The notes under the pieces are model-generated. The model searched no databases. It saw only the letters and a list, made by a program, of their open reading frames with translations, and was not told the DNA's origin. Shown here piece after piece: positions 48,459-57,535 of a stretch of DNA of 64,000 bases. A program made the translations under genes and the position numbers. Position 1 is the first letter of the stretch, and each line of letters begins with the position of its first letter. Source of the stretch: an uncultured Acidobacteriota bacterium (GTDB lineage Bacteria; Acidobacteriota; Thermoanaerobaculia; Multivoradales; UBA5704); NCBI GenBank assembly GCA_963700145.1, contig OY969474.1, positions 4,704,001 to 4,768,000 on the forward strand. Direction: 5' to 3'.

Positions 48459-51083
48459 GTGGGGACGAGCTGGCTCCAGCGCCTCGCAAGCTTCGCGAGA
48501 CGCCGCTACCGGCTGCTGTTCGTCCTTTTCGGGATCCTCACCGGGCTCTCCGCCCTGGCCGCGACGCGGCTCTCCTTCGACACCGACATGCTGAAGCTCC
48601 TGCCGCAGCAGGACCCGGCGATCCGCGCTTACGTCGAGACGCTGGAGGACTTCGGCACCTTCTCCTACCTGCTGGTGGTGATCCGCATCCCGGAGGGGAC
48701 GGTCCCCGACCCCTACGAGATGCTGGCCGACGAGGTCGCCGGCGAGCTGCGCGCGCTGCCGGAGCTCGAGCGCGTCGAGCACCGGCTGGGCGACCCCGAG
48801 GAGCTGCTGCGGACCTTCTTCCCCAAGGCGGTCCTCTTCCTCTCGCCCGCCGAGCGGCAGGCCTTCGAGATGAAGCTCTCCGACTACGGGATCGCCGTCC
48901 GCGCGCGCGAGCTGGCGCGTCTCATCAAGACGCCGCAGGGCCTGGCCGCTAAGCAGCTCGTGCGGCTCGACCCCTTCGGCCTGGCGGACATCTTCTTCGA
49001 CCGCGTCCAGGGCTCGCGCGGCAGCCTCAAGGTGGACTGGACGAGCGGCTACTACCTGTCGCAGGACCAGCGCCTGCTGCTGCTGCTGGCGCAGCCCAAG
49101 CGGCCGCCGCAGGACGTGGAGTTCGTGGACGACCTGGTGGCGGCGGTGGACGCGGTCGTCGAGCGCAAGCTGGCGGAGTGGCCGCGGATCGCCGGTCCCG
49201 AGCCGCCGCCGGCGCCGGTGGTGGCGCTCGGCGGGCCCTACCTCACCTCCCTGGGCGACGCCTCGCTGCTGCGCAAGGACCTGCTGATCACGATCGTCAC
49301 CTCGACGATCAGCGTCTTCCTGCTCTTCCTCTTCGCCTTCCGCCGCAAGGGGGCGCTGCTCTACGCCTTCGTGCCGCTGCTCTCGGCCATCGTCATCACC
49401 TTCGGCCTGCTGGCGGTGACGATCGGGGCGCTCTCCTCGGCGACCAGCGTCGTCGCGGCGCTGCTCATCGGCCTGGGGATCGACTTCGTCATCGTCTCCT
49501 ACGGCCGCTACATCGAGGAGCGGCGGCGCGGCGTCGGGCTCGACCGCGCGCTGGCGGCGATGAACGGCTACACCGGCCGGGCGGTTGTCGTGGGGGCGGT
49601 CACCACCGCCGCCACTTTCTACGCCTTCAGCTTCACCGACTTCACCGGCCTGCGGCAGATGGGGCTGATGACCGGCACCGGCATCCTGATCTGCATGGTG
49701 ACGGTGCTGGTGCTGCTGCCGGCGCTGCTCGCCTGGGCCGACGACCGCCACGTGCGCCGCAAGACCGAGCCCAACCTCTACCTCCACAGCCTCGGCACCA
49801 ACGTCCTGATGCGCTTCTCGATGCGCCACCCGCGCCCGGTGCTGCTGGCGGGCGCGCTGGTGACCCTCGGCGCCTTCGCCCTCTCCACCCGCCTCACCTT
49901 CGACGAGAGCATGAAGACGATGCGCCCGCGCGGCAACCGCGGCATGGAGGTGGCCGAGGAGGTGGGGCGCCACTTCGGCTCCGGCTTCGACTCGATGCTC
50001 CTGCTGCTGACCGGGGACCGGCTGTCCGAAGTGCTGGAGCTGTCCGAGCGGGCGGTCGCCGAGGCGCGCGAGCTGGTCGCCGAGGGCGTGCTCCAGGGCG
50101 TCAGCGGCGTGCCGTCGCTCATCCCGGCGCCGCAGAAGCAGCAGGAGGCGCTGGAGTGGCTGGCGTTCGCGCGCAGCGGTCCGCTCGACATGCGCCGCAT
50201 CCGCGCCAACTTCGAGCGGCAGGCGGCGACCCAGGGGCTGCGCGTCGACGGGTTCGCGCCGGGGCTCGAGCTGCTGGAGGAGGCGGTCTCGCTGTCGCGC
50301 CCGGTGGGAGTGGCCGACTTCCAGGCCAGCGAGCAGACCGCGCTCCTCCTCGGCCGCTTCCTGCGCAAGACCGACCGCGGCTGGAAGAGCGCGGTGTATC
50401 TCTACCCGCCGGCCGGCAAGTGGCGGCGCGAGCCGCCGCCGCAGGCGGTCGAGCTGGCGGAGCGGCTGGGGGACCGGGCAGTGCTCTCGGGGGTCAACGT
50501 CATCAACCAGCGGGTGCGCCAGCGGGTGTTGCGCGACGGCTGGATCGCCGGCGTCCTGGGGTTGATCGCGGTGGCGCTGATCCTCTGGATCAACTTCAAG
50601 AACCCGCGGCTGGCGCTGCTCGGCCTGACACCGGTCATGGTGGGGATCTGCTGGATGCTCGGCGCGATGGTCGTCGCCGGCATCCAGATGAACTTCATCA
50701 ACATTTTCGTCACCACCATGATCATCGGCATCGGCGTGGACTACGCGGTCTACGTCCTCCACCGCTACCGCGAGGTGGGCGGCGCGAGCGGCAAGGAGGT
50801 CGAGCGCGGCCTGGTGGAGACCGGCAACGCCGTGGTCATGGCGTCGCTGTCGACGATCCTGGGCTTCGGCTCGATCACCTTCTCGAGCTACCCGGGGCTC
50901 CAGTCCACCGGCAAGGTGGCGATCCTCGGCGCCTTCTGCGCCTGCTTCGTGACCATCACCCTGCTGCCCGCCTGGCTCGCCTGGCGGCACGTGGAGGTGG
51001 AGCCGGTCGAGGAAGACCTGCCGGAGGGTGAAGGGGACGACGACGTAGCGCCCGGCCTACGTGCCGGGCGTTCCGGCGGCTAG
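48459..51083 (+). CDS. MMPL/RND-family lipid transporter
   Basis: Two repeats with LIGLGIDFVI / IIGIGVDYAV motifs and ~12 TM helices. Confidence 0.88.
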   Translation: MGTSWLQRLASFARRRYRLLFVLFGILTGLSALAATRLSFDTDMLKLLPQQDPAIRAYVETLEDFGTFSYLLVVIRIPEGTVPDPYEMLADEVAGELRALPELERVEHRLGDPEELLRTFFPKAVLFLSPAERQAFEMKLSDYGIAVRARELARLIKTPQGLAAKQLVRLDPFGLADIFFDRVQGSRGSLKVDWTSGYYLSQDQRLLLLLAQPKRPPQDVEFVDDLVAAVDAVVERKLAEWPRIAGPEPPPAPVVALGGPYLTSLGDASLLRKDLLITIVTSTISVFLLFLFAFRRKGALLYAFVPLLSAIVITFGLLAVTIGALSSATSVVAALLIGLGIDFVIVSYGRYIEERRRGVGLDRALAAMNGYTGRAVVVGAVTTAATFYAFSFTDFTGLRQMGLMTGTGILICMVTVLVLLPALLAWADDRHVRRKTEPNLYLHSLGTNVLMRFSMRHPRPVLLAGALVTLGAFALSTRLTFDESMKTMRPRGNRGMEVAEEVGRHFGSGFDSMLLLLTGDRLSEVLELSERAVAEARELVAEGVLQGVSGVPSLIPAPQKQQEALEWLAFARSGPLDMRRIRANFERQAATQGLRVDGFAPGLELLEEAVSLSRPVGVADFQASEQTALLLGRFLRKTDRGWKSAVYLYPPAGKWRREPPPQAVELAERLGDRAVLSGVNVINQRVRQRVLRDGWIAGVLGLIAVALILWINFKNPRLALLGLTPVMVGICWMLGAMVVAGIQMNFINIFVTTMIIGIGVDYAVYVLHRYREVGGASGKEVERGLVETGNAVVMASLSTILGFGSITFSSYPGLQSTGKVAILGAFCACFVTITLLPAWLAWRHVEVEPVEEDLPEGEGDDDVAPGLRAGRSGG

Positions 51084-52006
51084 CCGCTGGCGCGCCGCGC
51101 CACGTCCTCGACCGCCGCGGCCAGCGCCTCCGGCACCTCTTCCTGCAGAAAGTGCCCGGCTTCGGTGCGGGTGACCGGCGCCTGCGGGAAGGCGCGCTCG
51201 TGGCGGGGGAGGGCGCGGGCGAGGACCGGGTCGCGAACGCCCCAGACGAGGGCGACGGGGCCGGCGAAGGCGCGCGCCCAGGCCTCGCCGCGGCGGAGGG
51301 CCGGCATGGTCGGGTGGTCGGGGCCGTTCGGCACCAGGCGGGCGAGGGCGAGCGGCGCGACGCGGTCGGCCCAGGTGCGCAGCGGCCAGCGGTAGGCGCG
51401 CGCCACCTCGCCGCGGATCGAGCGCCGGTCCCTCTGCACCCAGCGCATGTGCCGTTGCGGGAAGCCGAGACCGCGGAAGGCCAGCGTGCTCACCACCGGC
51501 ACGCGGGCGAAGCGGTGGAACGCGGTGCCGCGCGGGTAGCGCGGCCAGGTGACGACGGTGTTCGTCCAGACGACCCCGGCGATCCGCCCCGGCAGCCGCT
51601 CGCCGAGGACCGCGCCGAGCAGGCCTCCCCAGTCGTGCCCGACGAGGACCGCGTCGCGCAGGTCCAGCCGCTCGACCAGCTCGGCGAGCGCCCCCGCGTG
51701 CCGGCCGATCGTGTGATCGGCGAGCCGCGGCAGCCGTGAGGAGAGCCCGAGCCCGAGGAGATCGGGCGCGACGCACCGGTAGCCGGGGAGCGCCGCGATC
51801 ACCCGCCGCCAGAGGAAGCTCCAGGCCGGGTTGCCGTGGAGCAGCAGGACCGGCCGCGCCGCCGGGCTCCCCCCTTCAGGCGACGCATCGAGGAAGTGGA
51901 GGCGGCGCCCGGCGTCCTCGCCGCTCTCGAGCACGTAGGCGCCGCGCCGGACCGGGAGCTGGCGGGCCAGCCACTCCGGCAGCGGCGGCGGCGCGGTGAA
52001 GGGCAT
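51080..52006 (-). CDS. Alpha/beta hydrolase, haloalkane-dehalogenase/OleB-like
   Basis: LLHGNPAWSFLWR, APDLLGLGLS, GHDWGG (Asp nucleophile), AGHFLQEE. Confidence 0.88.
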   Translation of the reverse strand: MPFTAPPPLPEWLARQLPVRRGAYVLESGEDAGRRLHFLDASPEGGSPAARPVLLLHGNPAWSFLWRRVIAALPGYRCVAPDLLGLGLSSRLPRLADHTIGRHAGALAELVERLDLRDAVLVGHDWGGLLGAVLGERLPGRIAGVVWTNTVVTWPRYPRGTAFHRFARVPVVSTLAFRGLGFPQRHMRWVQRDRRSIRGEVARAYRWPLRTWADRVAPLALARLVPNGPDHPTMPALRRGEAWARAFAGPVALVWGVRDPVLARALPRHERAFPQAPVTRTEAGHFLQEEVPEALAAAVEDVARRASG

Positions 52007-53529
52007 CAGCGCACCGTCGCCACCGCCCAGCGCGGCGGGCACCAGAAGCGGATGGGCAGGATCGACGTGCCGAAGCCGGGGTTGATGTAGAGCCAGGTCC
52101 AGCCGCGCCGCGACGGGCCTTCGAAGGCGAAGCGGCCGCTGTCGTAGTAGGCGCCGAGCCGGGCGCGGGTGATGATCGCGCCGTGGAAGGGGAGGCGGAC
52201 CTGGCCGCCGTGGGTGTGGCCGGCGAGCACGAAGTCGAAACCCCGGCGCGCCGCTTCCAGCACCACGTCCGGCGAATGGGAGAGGACGCCGATCGCGCCC
52301 CCCTCCGGCCGCCGCGGGGCGCGCGCCAGGGCCATCGCCAGCCGCGTGCCGCGCGCGCCCGTCCGCCACCCCGCCGGCGGCAGCGGGCCGGCGAGCGGTG
52401 CCGCGAGGAGCGGCCGCCCGTCGTCGGCGGTGACGCGCAGGTTGCGGTAGAGGACGGTCCCGCCGCCCCACGACCAGAGCCCCACCGTCCCCGCCGCGAC
52501 GCGATGGCGCGAGCGGTCCTCCGCCCACGCCTGCCAGGCGCGCGGCTCGGGCTCGTCGGCCGGCCAGACCTTCGCCCACACCCGCACCACGCCGGGCTCG
52601 ACCGCCGCCCTGACCCGCATCCGGTACCAGCGCCCGGGCTCGGGCTCGACGCCGGTGTCCACCCGGCCGGCGGTGAAGGCGGTGCCGTGGCTGACCAGCG
52701 CGAAGCTCCCCGGCATGCCGCGCCCCGGCTCGGCGCGGCGCAGGCGGATCATGCGGTCCTGGCCGAGCGGGTAGCGGCTGTGGACGGCGAGCCCGGCGCC
52801 GGTCTCCCGCCGCTCGATCCAGACGTCGCAGACCGCGTCGTAGCCGCTCCAGGCGAGCGGCCCGCCGGCGTCGGCGAGGCCCCCCGCGGGCGGCGGGTCG
52901 TAGTGGCTGTAGTCGTTGCGGGTGTCGTCGCCGGTCTTGGCGCCGTAGCGCCGGCCGCCGCCGTGGGGGAGCGGCGCGAAGGGGGAGGGCGGCGCCCGGA
53001 AGCCCCAGTCCTCCCCGACCTGCTGGCTGACGCCGAGGAGGAGGAGCCCGCCGGTCCCGGCGCCGGGCGGCGGCCCGGCGACCAGCCGCCCCTCGTTGGC
53101 GAGCCAGACGGCGCCGGCGTCGGCCACCGCCGCCACCAGCGCCCCGTGGTACTCGCTGTGCCCCTGCACGGCGAAGACCGGCGCCGTCCGCCGCAGCGCC
53201 GCCATCGTCGCGGCGGTGGCGCGGACGTGGCGCGCCATCGCTTCCGGCTCGGGCACCTCGTCGATCAGATCGCCGCTGACCACGATCAGCTCCGGCCGCT
53301 CCGCCGCCACGTCGCGCAGCAGGCGGCGGAGGAGCGACGTCTCGGCGGCGATGTGGAGGTCGGAGAGGTGGACGAGGCGGAGGCGGGCCGCGCCCTCGAT
53401 CGGCAGGTCCACGTCGTCGCGCAGCAGCAGGAGGCGCGGCTCGATCCAGCAGGCGTCGGCGAGGGCGAGGAGGGAGAGAACGGCGAGCGCCGCCGCCCAG
53501 CGGCGGCGGAGGCGCCCGGCCGGGCTCAG
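52006..53529 (-). CDS. Membrane-anchored metallophosphoesterase with large inserted beta domain (start inferred, CTG)
   Basis: TM + WIEP; LSDLH, SGDLID, QGHSE, LSHSPD, AGHTHGGQV, GFGTS..PIRF.CPP. The frame is open back to CTG overlapping the rhomboid stop. Confidence 0.78.
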   Translation of the reverse strand: MSPAGRLRRRWAAALAVLSLLALADACWIEPRLLLLRDDVDLPIEGAARLRLVHLSDLHIAAETSLLRRLLRDVAAERPELIVVSGDLIDEVPEPEAMARHVRATAATMAALRRTAPVFAVQGHSEYHGALVAAVADAGAVWLANEGRLVAGPPPGAGTGGLLLLGVSQQVGEDWGFRAPPSPFAPLPHGGGRRYGAKTGDDTRNDYSHYDPPPAGGLADAGGPLAWSGYDAVCDVWIERRETGAGLAVHSRYPLGQDRMIRLRRAEPGRGMPGSFALVSHGTAFTAGRVDTGVEPEPGRWYRMRVRAAVEPGVVRVWAKVWPADEPEPRAWQAWAEDRSRHRVAAGTVGLWSWGGGTVLYRNLRVTADDGRPLLAAPLAGPLPPAGWRTGARGTRLAMALARAPRRPEGGAIGVLSHSPDVVLEAARRGFDFVLAGHTHGGQVRLPFHGAIITRARLGAYYDSGRFAFEGPSRRGWTWLYINPGFGTSILPIRFWCPPRWAVATVR

Positions 53530-54239
53530 AAGGCGCGCCTCGGCCCCGGCTCGGGGGCCTGCCGCCGGAGGCCGCCGAGGAGCAGCAGCAGGAGCGGCCC
53601 GGCGACGAAGCCGCCGATGTGCGCGAACCAGGCCACGCCCCCCTGCTCGTTCGCGGTCGGCGCGCCGAGGGAGGCCAGGCCGGGAAGGAGCTGGAGCAGG
53701 AACCAGATCGGCAGGTAGACCCAGGCCGGCACCTGGATGAAGCGGACGAAGAAGCCCAGGAAGACGACGGTGACGATGCGCACCTTGGGATGGATGAAGA
53801 GGTAGGCGCCGAGGACACCGGAGATCGCCCCCGAGGCGCCGATCGCCGGCAGGGCGGAGAGCGGGTTGGCCCAGGCGTGGGCGATCGTCGCGACGTACCC
53901 CGCCGCCAGGTAGAGGATGAGGAAGCGGGCGTGGCCCAGCCGGTCCTCGATGTTGTCGCCGAACACCCAGAGGAAGAGCATGTTGCCCAGGAAGTGCGCC
54001 CAGCCGCCGTGCAGGAACATCGAGAGGAAGGCGCTCTGCGCCCCGGCGGCGACGTCGCCGGCCGAGAAGCCGTCGGCGAGGAGCTTGCCGGGCACGAAGG
54101 CCGCGGACATGAGGAAGCGCTCGAGCCCGGTCTCGCCCAACGACAGCTCGAAGAGGAAGAACAGGGCGTTGGCGGCGATCAGTGCCACCACCATCAGCGG
54201 GAAGCGATGCCGCGTGTGGATGTCGTGGAGCGGGATCAC
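53526..54239 (-). CDS. Rhomboid-family intramembrane serine protease
   Basis: IPLHD start; SMFLHGGWAHFLGNM, GDNIED, GASGA, AHIGG. Confidence 0.92.
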   Translation of the reverse strand: MIPLHDIHTRHRFPLMVVALIAANALFFLFELSLGETGLERFLMSAAFVPGKLLADGFSAGDVAAGAQSAFLSMFLHGGWAHFLGNMLFLWVFGDNIEDRLGHARFLILYLAAGYVATIAHAWANPLSALPAIGASGAISGVLGAYLFIHPKVRIVTVVFLGFFVRFIQVPAWVYLPIWFLLQLLPGLASLGAPTANEQGGVAWFAHIGGFVAGPLLLLLLGGLRRQAPEPGPRRAF

Positions 54240-55747
54240 GCCGGCGGCTCCCGCTCCCACTCCTCGACCGAGCGCACGCGGTGGACGCGCATCAGGTTGG
54301 TCAGCGGGCGCTCGCGGATCGGGTGGCCCATGAGCACGATGATACGGTCTCCCGGCCGCGCGATCCCCGCCATCTGCAGCTTCCGGTCCACCACCTGCAT
54401 GACGCCGTCGAGGTGCTGCACCTCGCCCTCGGCGAGGAGCGGTCGCGTCCCCCAGACGAGCTGGAGCTGCCGCGCCACCCGCTCGTCGGGCGTGAAGGCG
54501 ACGATCGGCGCGCTGGGCCGGTAGCGGGCGACGAGCCGCGCCGTGAACCCCCCCTGGCTGAAGGCGACGATGCAGCGGAACTCCAGCTCGCGCGCGGCGG
54601 TGACGGCGGCGGCGGCCACCATGTCGGGGACGTCGAGCGAGGGGTCGCCGCCGGTGCGGTCGTGGAGCGGCTCGAGCTCGAAGGTGCGGCGGAGATTGGA
54701 GTCGCCGAGGAGGCGCACCGGCTCGCTCGGCGCGGCGGTCTCCCGGGCGTAGTTCTCGGCCGCGCAGACGATCCGCGCCATGGTCGCCACCGTCTCGACG
54801 GGGTACTTGCCGACCGCGGTCTCGCCCGAGAGCATGAGCGAGTCGGCGCCGTCGAAGACCGCGTTGGCGACGTCGGTCGCCTCGGCGCGGGTGGGGCGCG
54901 GCTGTTCGATCATCGACTCGAGCATCTGGGTGGCGACGATGACCGGCTTGCCGGCCCGCCGGCCGGCCGCGACGATCCGCTTCTGCAAGACCGGCACGGT
55001 GTGCAGCGGCACCTCGACGCCGAGGTCGCCGCGCGCCACCATGACCCCCTCGGCGGCGGCCACGATCTCGTCGAGGTGGTCGAGGGCGGTGGCACGCTCC
55101 AGCTTGGCGATGATCGGCAGCCGCCCGCCCAGGCCGCGCACCACCTCGCGCAGCGCCTCGACGTGCGCCGCCTCGCCGACGTAGCTGGCGGCGAGGTAGT
55201 CGGCGCCCTCGGCGAGGGCGAAGGCGCAGTCGCGCCGGTCCTTCTCGGAGATCTCGAACGGCAGGTTGGTGTCGGGGAGGTTGAGGCCCTTCCGCGTCCG
55301 CACCTCGCCGCCGTTGACGACGACGGCGCGCACCCGGTCCCCCTCGTGCGCCTCGACCCGCAGCTCGACGAGCCCGGCGTCGATCAGCAGACGCTCGCCG
55401 GGCTCGAGGTACTGGAGGATCGAGGTCTCGTCGAGCGGCAGGTCCACCCCGGCGGCCTTGGCGCCGCCCAGGTGCACCTGTTCGCCCGGCTGCAGGCGCC
55501 GCCGCTCGCCGGGGAGCTTGCCCAGGCGGTAGCGCGGCCCCATGAGGTCGAGGACGACCGGCAGGTGGACCTGCTCGGCGACCGCCACCCGGCGCACCCG
55601 CTCCAGGGTCTTGCGGTGCTCGTCGTGGCTGCCGTGGGAGAGGTTGAGGCGGACGAGGTCCACCCCGGCACGCAGCAGCTCCCGGAGCACCCCGTCCTCC
55701 CCGCTCGCCGGCCCCAGGGTGGCCATGATCTTGGCCCGCCGCTCCAC
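54236..55747 (-). CDS. pyk: Pyruvate kinase
   Basis: RAKIMATLGPAS, RLNLSHG, AKLE, MVARGDLGVE, ATQMLESM, PTRAEATDVANA, MLSGETA. Confidence 0.95.
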   Translation of the reverse strand: MERRAKIMATLGPASGEDGVLRELLRAGVDLVRLNLSHGSHDEHRKTLERVRRVAVAEQVHLPVVLDLMGPRYRLGKLPGERRRLQPGEQVHLGGAKAAGVDLPLDETSILQYLEPGERLLIDAGLVELRVEAHEGDRVRAVVVNGGEVRTRKGLNLPDTNLPFEISEKDRRDCAFALAEGADYLAASYVGEAAHVEALREVVRGLGGRLPIIAKLERATALDHLDEIVAAAEGVMVARGDLGVEVPLHTVPVLQKRIVAAGRRAGKPVIVATQMLESMIEQPRPTRAEATDVANAVFDGADSLMLSGETAVGKYPVETVATMARIVCAAENYARETAAPSEPVRLLGDSNLRRTFELEPLHDRTGGDPSLDVPDMVAAAAVTAARELEFRCIVAFSQGGFTARLVARYRPSAPIVAFTPDERVARQLQLVWGTRPLLAEGEVQHLDGVMQVVDRKLQMAGIARPGDRIIVLMGHPIRERPLTNLMRVHRVRSVEEWEREPPA

Positions 55748-55753
55748 GGGGCC

Positions 55754-55780
55754 GGAGTATAGCGAGCGGCCATATACTCC
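55754..55780. promoter_or_regulatory. Inverted repeat GGAGTATA-N11-TATACTCC forming back-to-back TATACT -10 boxes (pyk / TA operon)
   Basis: TATACT lies 7-8 nt before both the pyk GTG and the antitoxin ATG; no SD sequence. Confidence 0.6.
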
Positions 55781-55785
55781 CCCGC

Positions 55786-56004
55786 ATGAACGCAGCGTTG
55801 CTCGAGGATGCCCTGCGGCTAACCCCTGAGGAGCGGTTGGACCTCATCGGGGCGCTCTGGGAGACCCTCTCGGAAGAGGACATCCCGGTCACTTCCGAAG
55901 AGCGCGCCCTGCTCGACGCCCGACTCGCCGACCTCGAAAAGAACCCGGACGACCAGAGCCCGTGGCCGGAGGTCAAGGCCCGCCTCGAGCAGCGCCGCCG
56001 TTGA
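55786..56004 (+). CDS. Addiction-module antitoxin (TIGR02574-type)
   Basis: ALRLTPEERLDLIGALWETL...LLDARL...PWPEVKARL. Confidence 0.85.
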   Translation: MNAALLEDALRLTPEERLDLIGALWETLSEEDIPVTSEERALLDARLADLEKNPDDQSPWPEVKARLEQRRR

Positions 56005-56306
56005 CCCTCCCGGTCTTCATCCGCCAGGTCGCCGAGCTTGACCTGGCGGAGGCCGAAGATTGGTACGAAGAACAGCGTCAAGGGCTCGGCGCAGAGTTCC
56101 GCGCGCAGGTCGATGCCCTGCTCGCCACCCTGTCCATCCACCCACAGCTCTTTCCCGTGCGCTATCGCGGCAACCGACGCGCCGTGCTGCGGCGGTTCCC
56201 CTACCTGCTCTGGTACCGAGTGGAAGCAGAAGCCGTGGTTGTCCTAGCGTGTATCCACGCGAAGCGACACCCGGGAGTCGCGCGTGCCCGACTTCGCCTA
56301 CGCTGA
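56001..56306 (+). CDS. RelE/ParE-family toxin
   Basis: TTGA overlap; AELDLAEAEDWYEEQRQGLGAEF...RRAVLRRFPY...VLACIHAKR.P. Confidence 0.88.
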   Translation: MTLPVFIRQVAELDLAEAEDWYEEQRQGLGAEFRAQVDALLATLSIHPQLFPVRYRGNRRAVLRRFPYLLWYRVEAEAVVVLACIHAKRHPGVARARLRLR

Positions 56307-56961
56307 GCTTCCAAGCGTACGGAGACCCTCACGCTGCGTGCATCTAACCCATCCCCTCCCCGCTTACGCCGCTACCCATAGCTGGTCCTGCTAGCGAGGA
56401 TCGTGTGAGAGAGCAGCCGCACCTTCTCGGCGTTGACCATCGGAAAGGCGCGCAAGGGGTGCTGTGGCTCGGTAAGGGCCTCGTGCAGCGACAGTCTCGC
56501 GCTCAACTTCCACAGCTCCAGAAGGTCACAGCGCTTGATCAGTCCTCTCGCGTGGGCGAGGGATTGCTCGGCGGTTCGATTCGTCCTCTGTCGCTCTTCG
56601 TGATCTTGCATGTGATCGCTGGGCCGCAAGGCCGCCCCGTGGAGTTCTACCTAGTAGCACACGCTCGCGATGACTCCAAGGGGACGAAGAGATGTTGGGC
56701 GCGCGGGAAGTAGACCAGTCAAGGATTAAGGCCCTAGCGATCGGTGTTCGCTTGACGCCGTTACTGGCCTGTAGTCTGATCCTCGCAGCTCCGTAACTCG
56801 CAGTGCTCCGGGTTGCAGCCGCGCGGCTCGGATGTAATCGCGCGCTCTGAGCAGCGATGGGCCTACCGCCGGGAGGGCCGGTGTCGATCAAGGTGCGCTG
56901 AGCGGTCACACGAAGCGCCGCTGGCGGATGACGTTCGGCACACACCCTGTGCTAGGGTTCG

Positions 56962-57240
56962 GTGGTGAAGCGCTTCTCGTGGAGCGTCGAGAAGAACGAG
57001 CTGTTGCGGCAGGAACGGGGGATTGGCTTCGAGGAGATCGTCTACCACATCGAGCGCGGCGATCTGCTCGACCTCCTCGAGCACCCCAACCGGGAGCGGT
57101 ACGGCGGCCAGCGGATCTTCGTGGTGGCGGTTGAGTACTACGCTTATCTCGTACCCTTCGTAGAGTCCGAGACCGAGGTCTTCCTGAAGACGATCATCCC
57201 CAGCCGCAAGGCTACGAAACACTATCTGGGAGGCGACTGA
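56962..57240 (+). CDS. BrnT-like toxin
   Basis: FSWSVEKNELLRQERGIGFEEI...HPN..Y..QRIFVV....YAYLVPFVE....FLKTIIPSRKAT. Confidence 0.85.
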   Translation: MVKRFSWSVEKNELLRQERGIGFEEIVYHIERGDLLDLLEHPNRERYGGQRIFVVAVEYYAYLVPFVESETEVFLKTIIPSRKATKHYLGGD

Positions 57241-57515
57241 TGGCGCGGCTGCCGAAGGAAGAAAAGGAACTGCTCGACTCGGTGGAAGCCGGAGAGTGGA
57301 GCTCCGTGGCTGCGAAGACTTCCGAACTCAGGCGCTATCAGAGATACGCCAGCTCCACATTCAAGAAGGATCGGCGGATCAACATCCGGATCTCCACCAG
57401 GGACCTCGAGGCGCTCCAGAAACGCGCGCTCATCGAAGGCGTGCCGTACCAGACGCTGATCTCCAGCGTGCTCCACAAGTACGCCTCTGGACGGTTCAGG
57501 GAAGAAGGCTTATAG
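57240..57515 (+). CDS. CopG/RHH-type antitoxin
   Basis: EEKELLDSVEAGEW...KKDRRINIRI...A..EGVPYQTLISSVLHKY. Confidence 0.85.
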   Translation: MARLPKEEKELLDSVEAGEWSSVAAKTSELRRYQRYASSTFKKDRRINIRISTRDLEALQKRALIEGVPYQTLISSVLHKYASGRFREEGL

Positions 57516-57535
57516 CCTGGTGGATCGTGCGTCCG

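Noticed and set aside
56372-56713. Small ORFs 56372-56629 (-) and 56405-56713 (+)
   Set aside because: No recognisable motifs, SD or host-like codon bias; cannot choose a frame.
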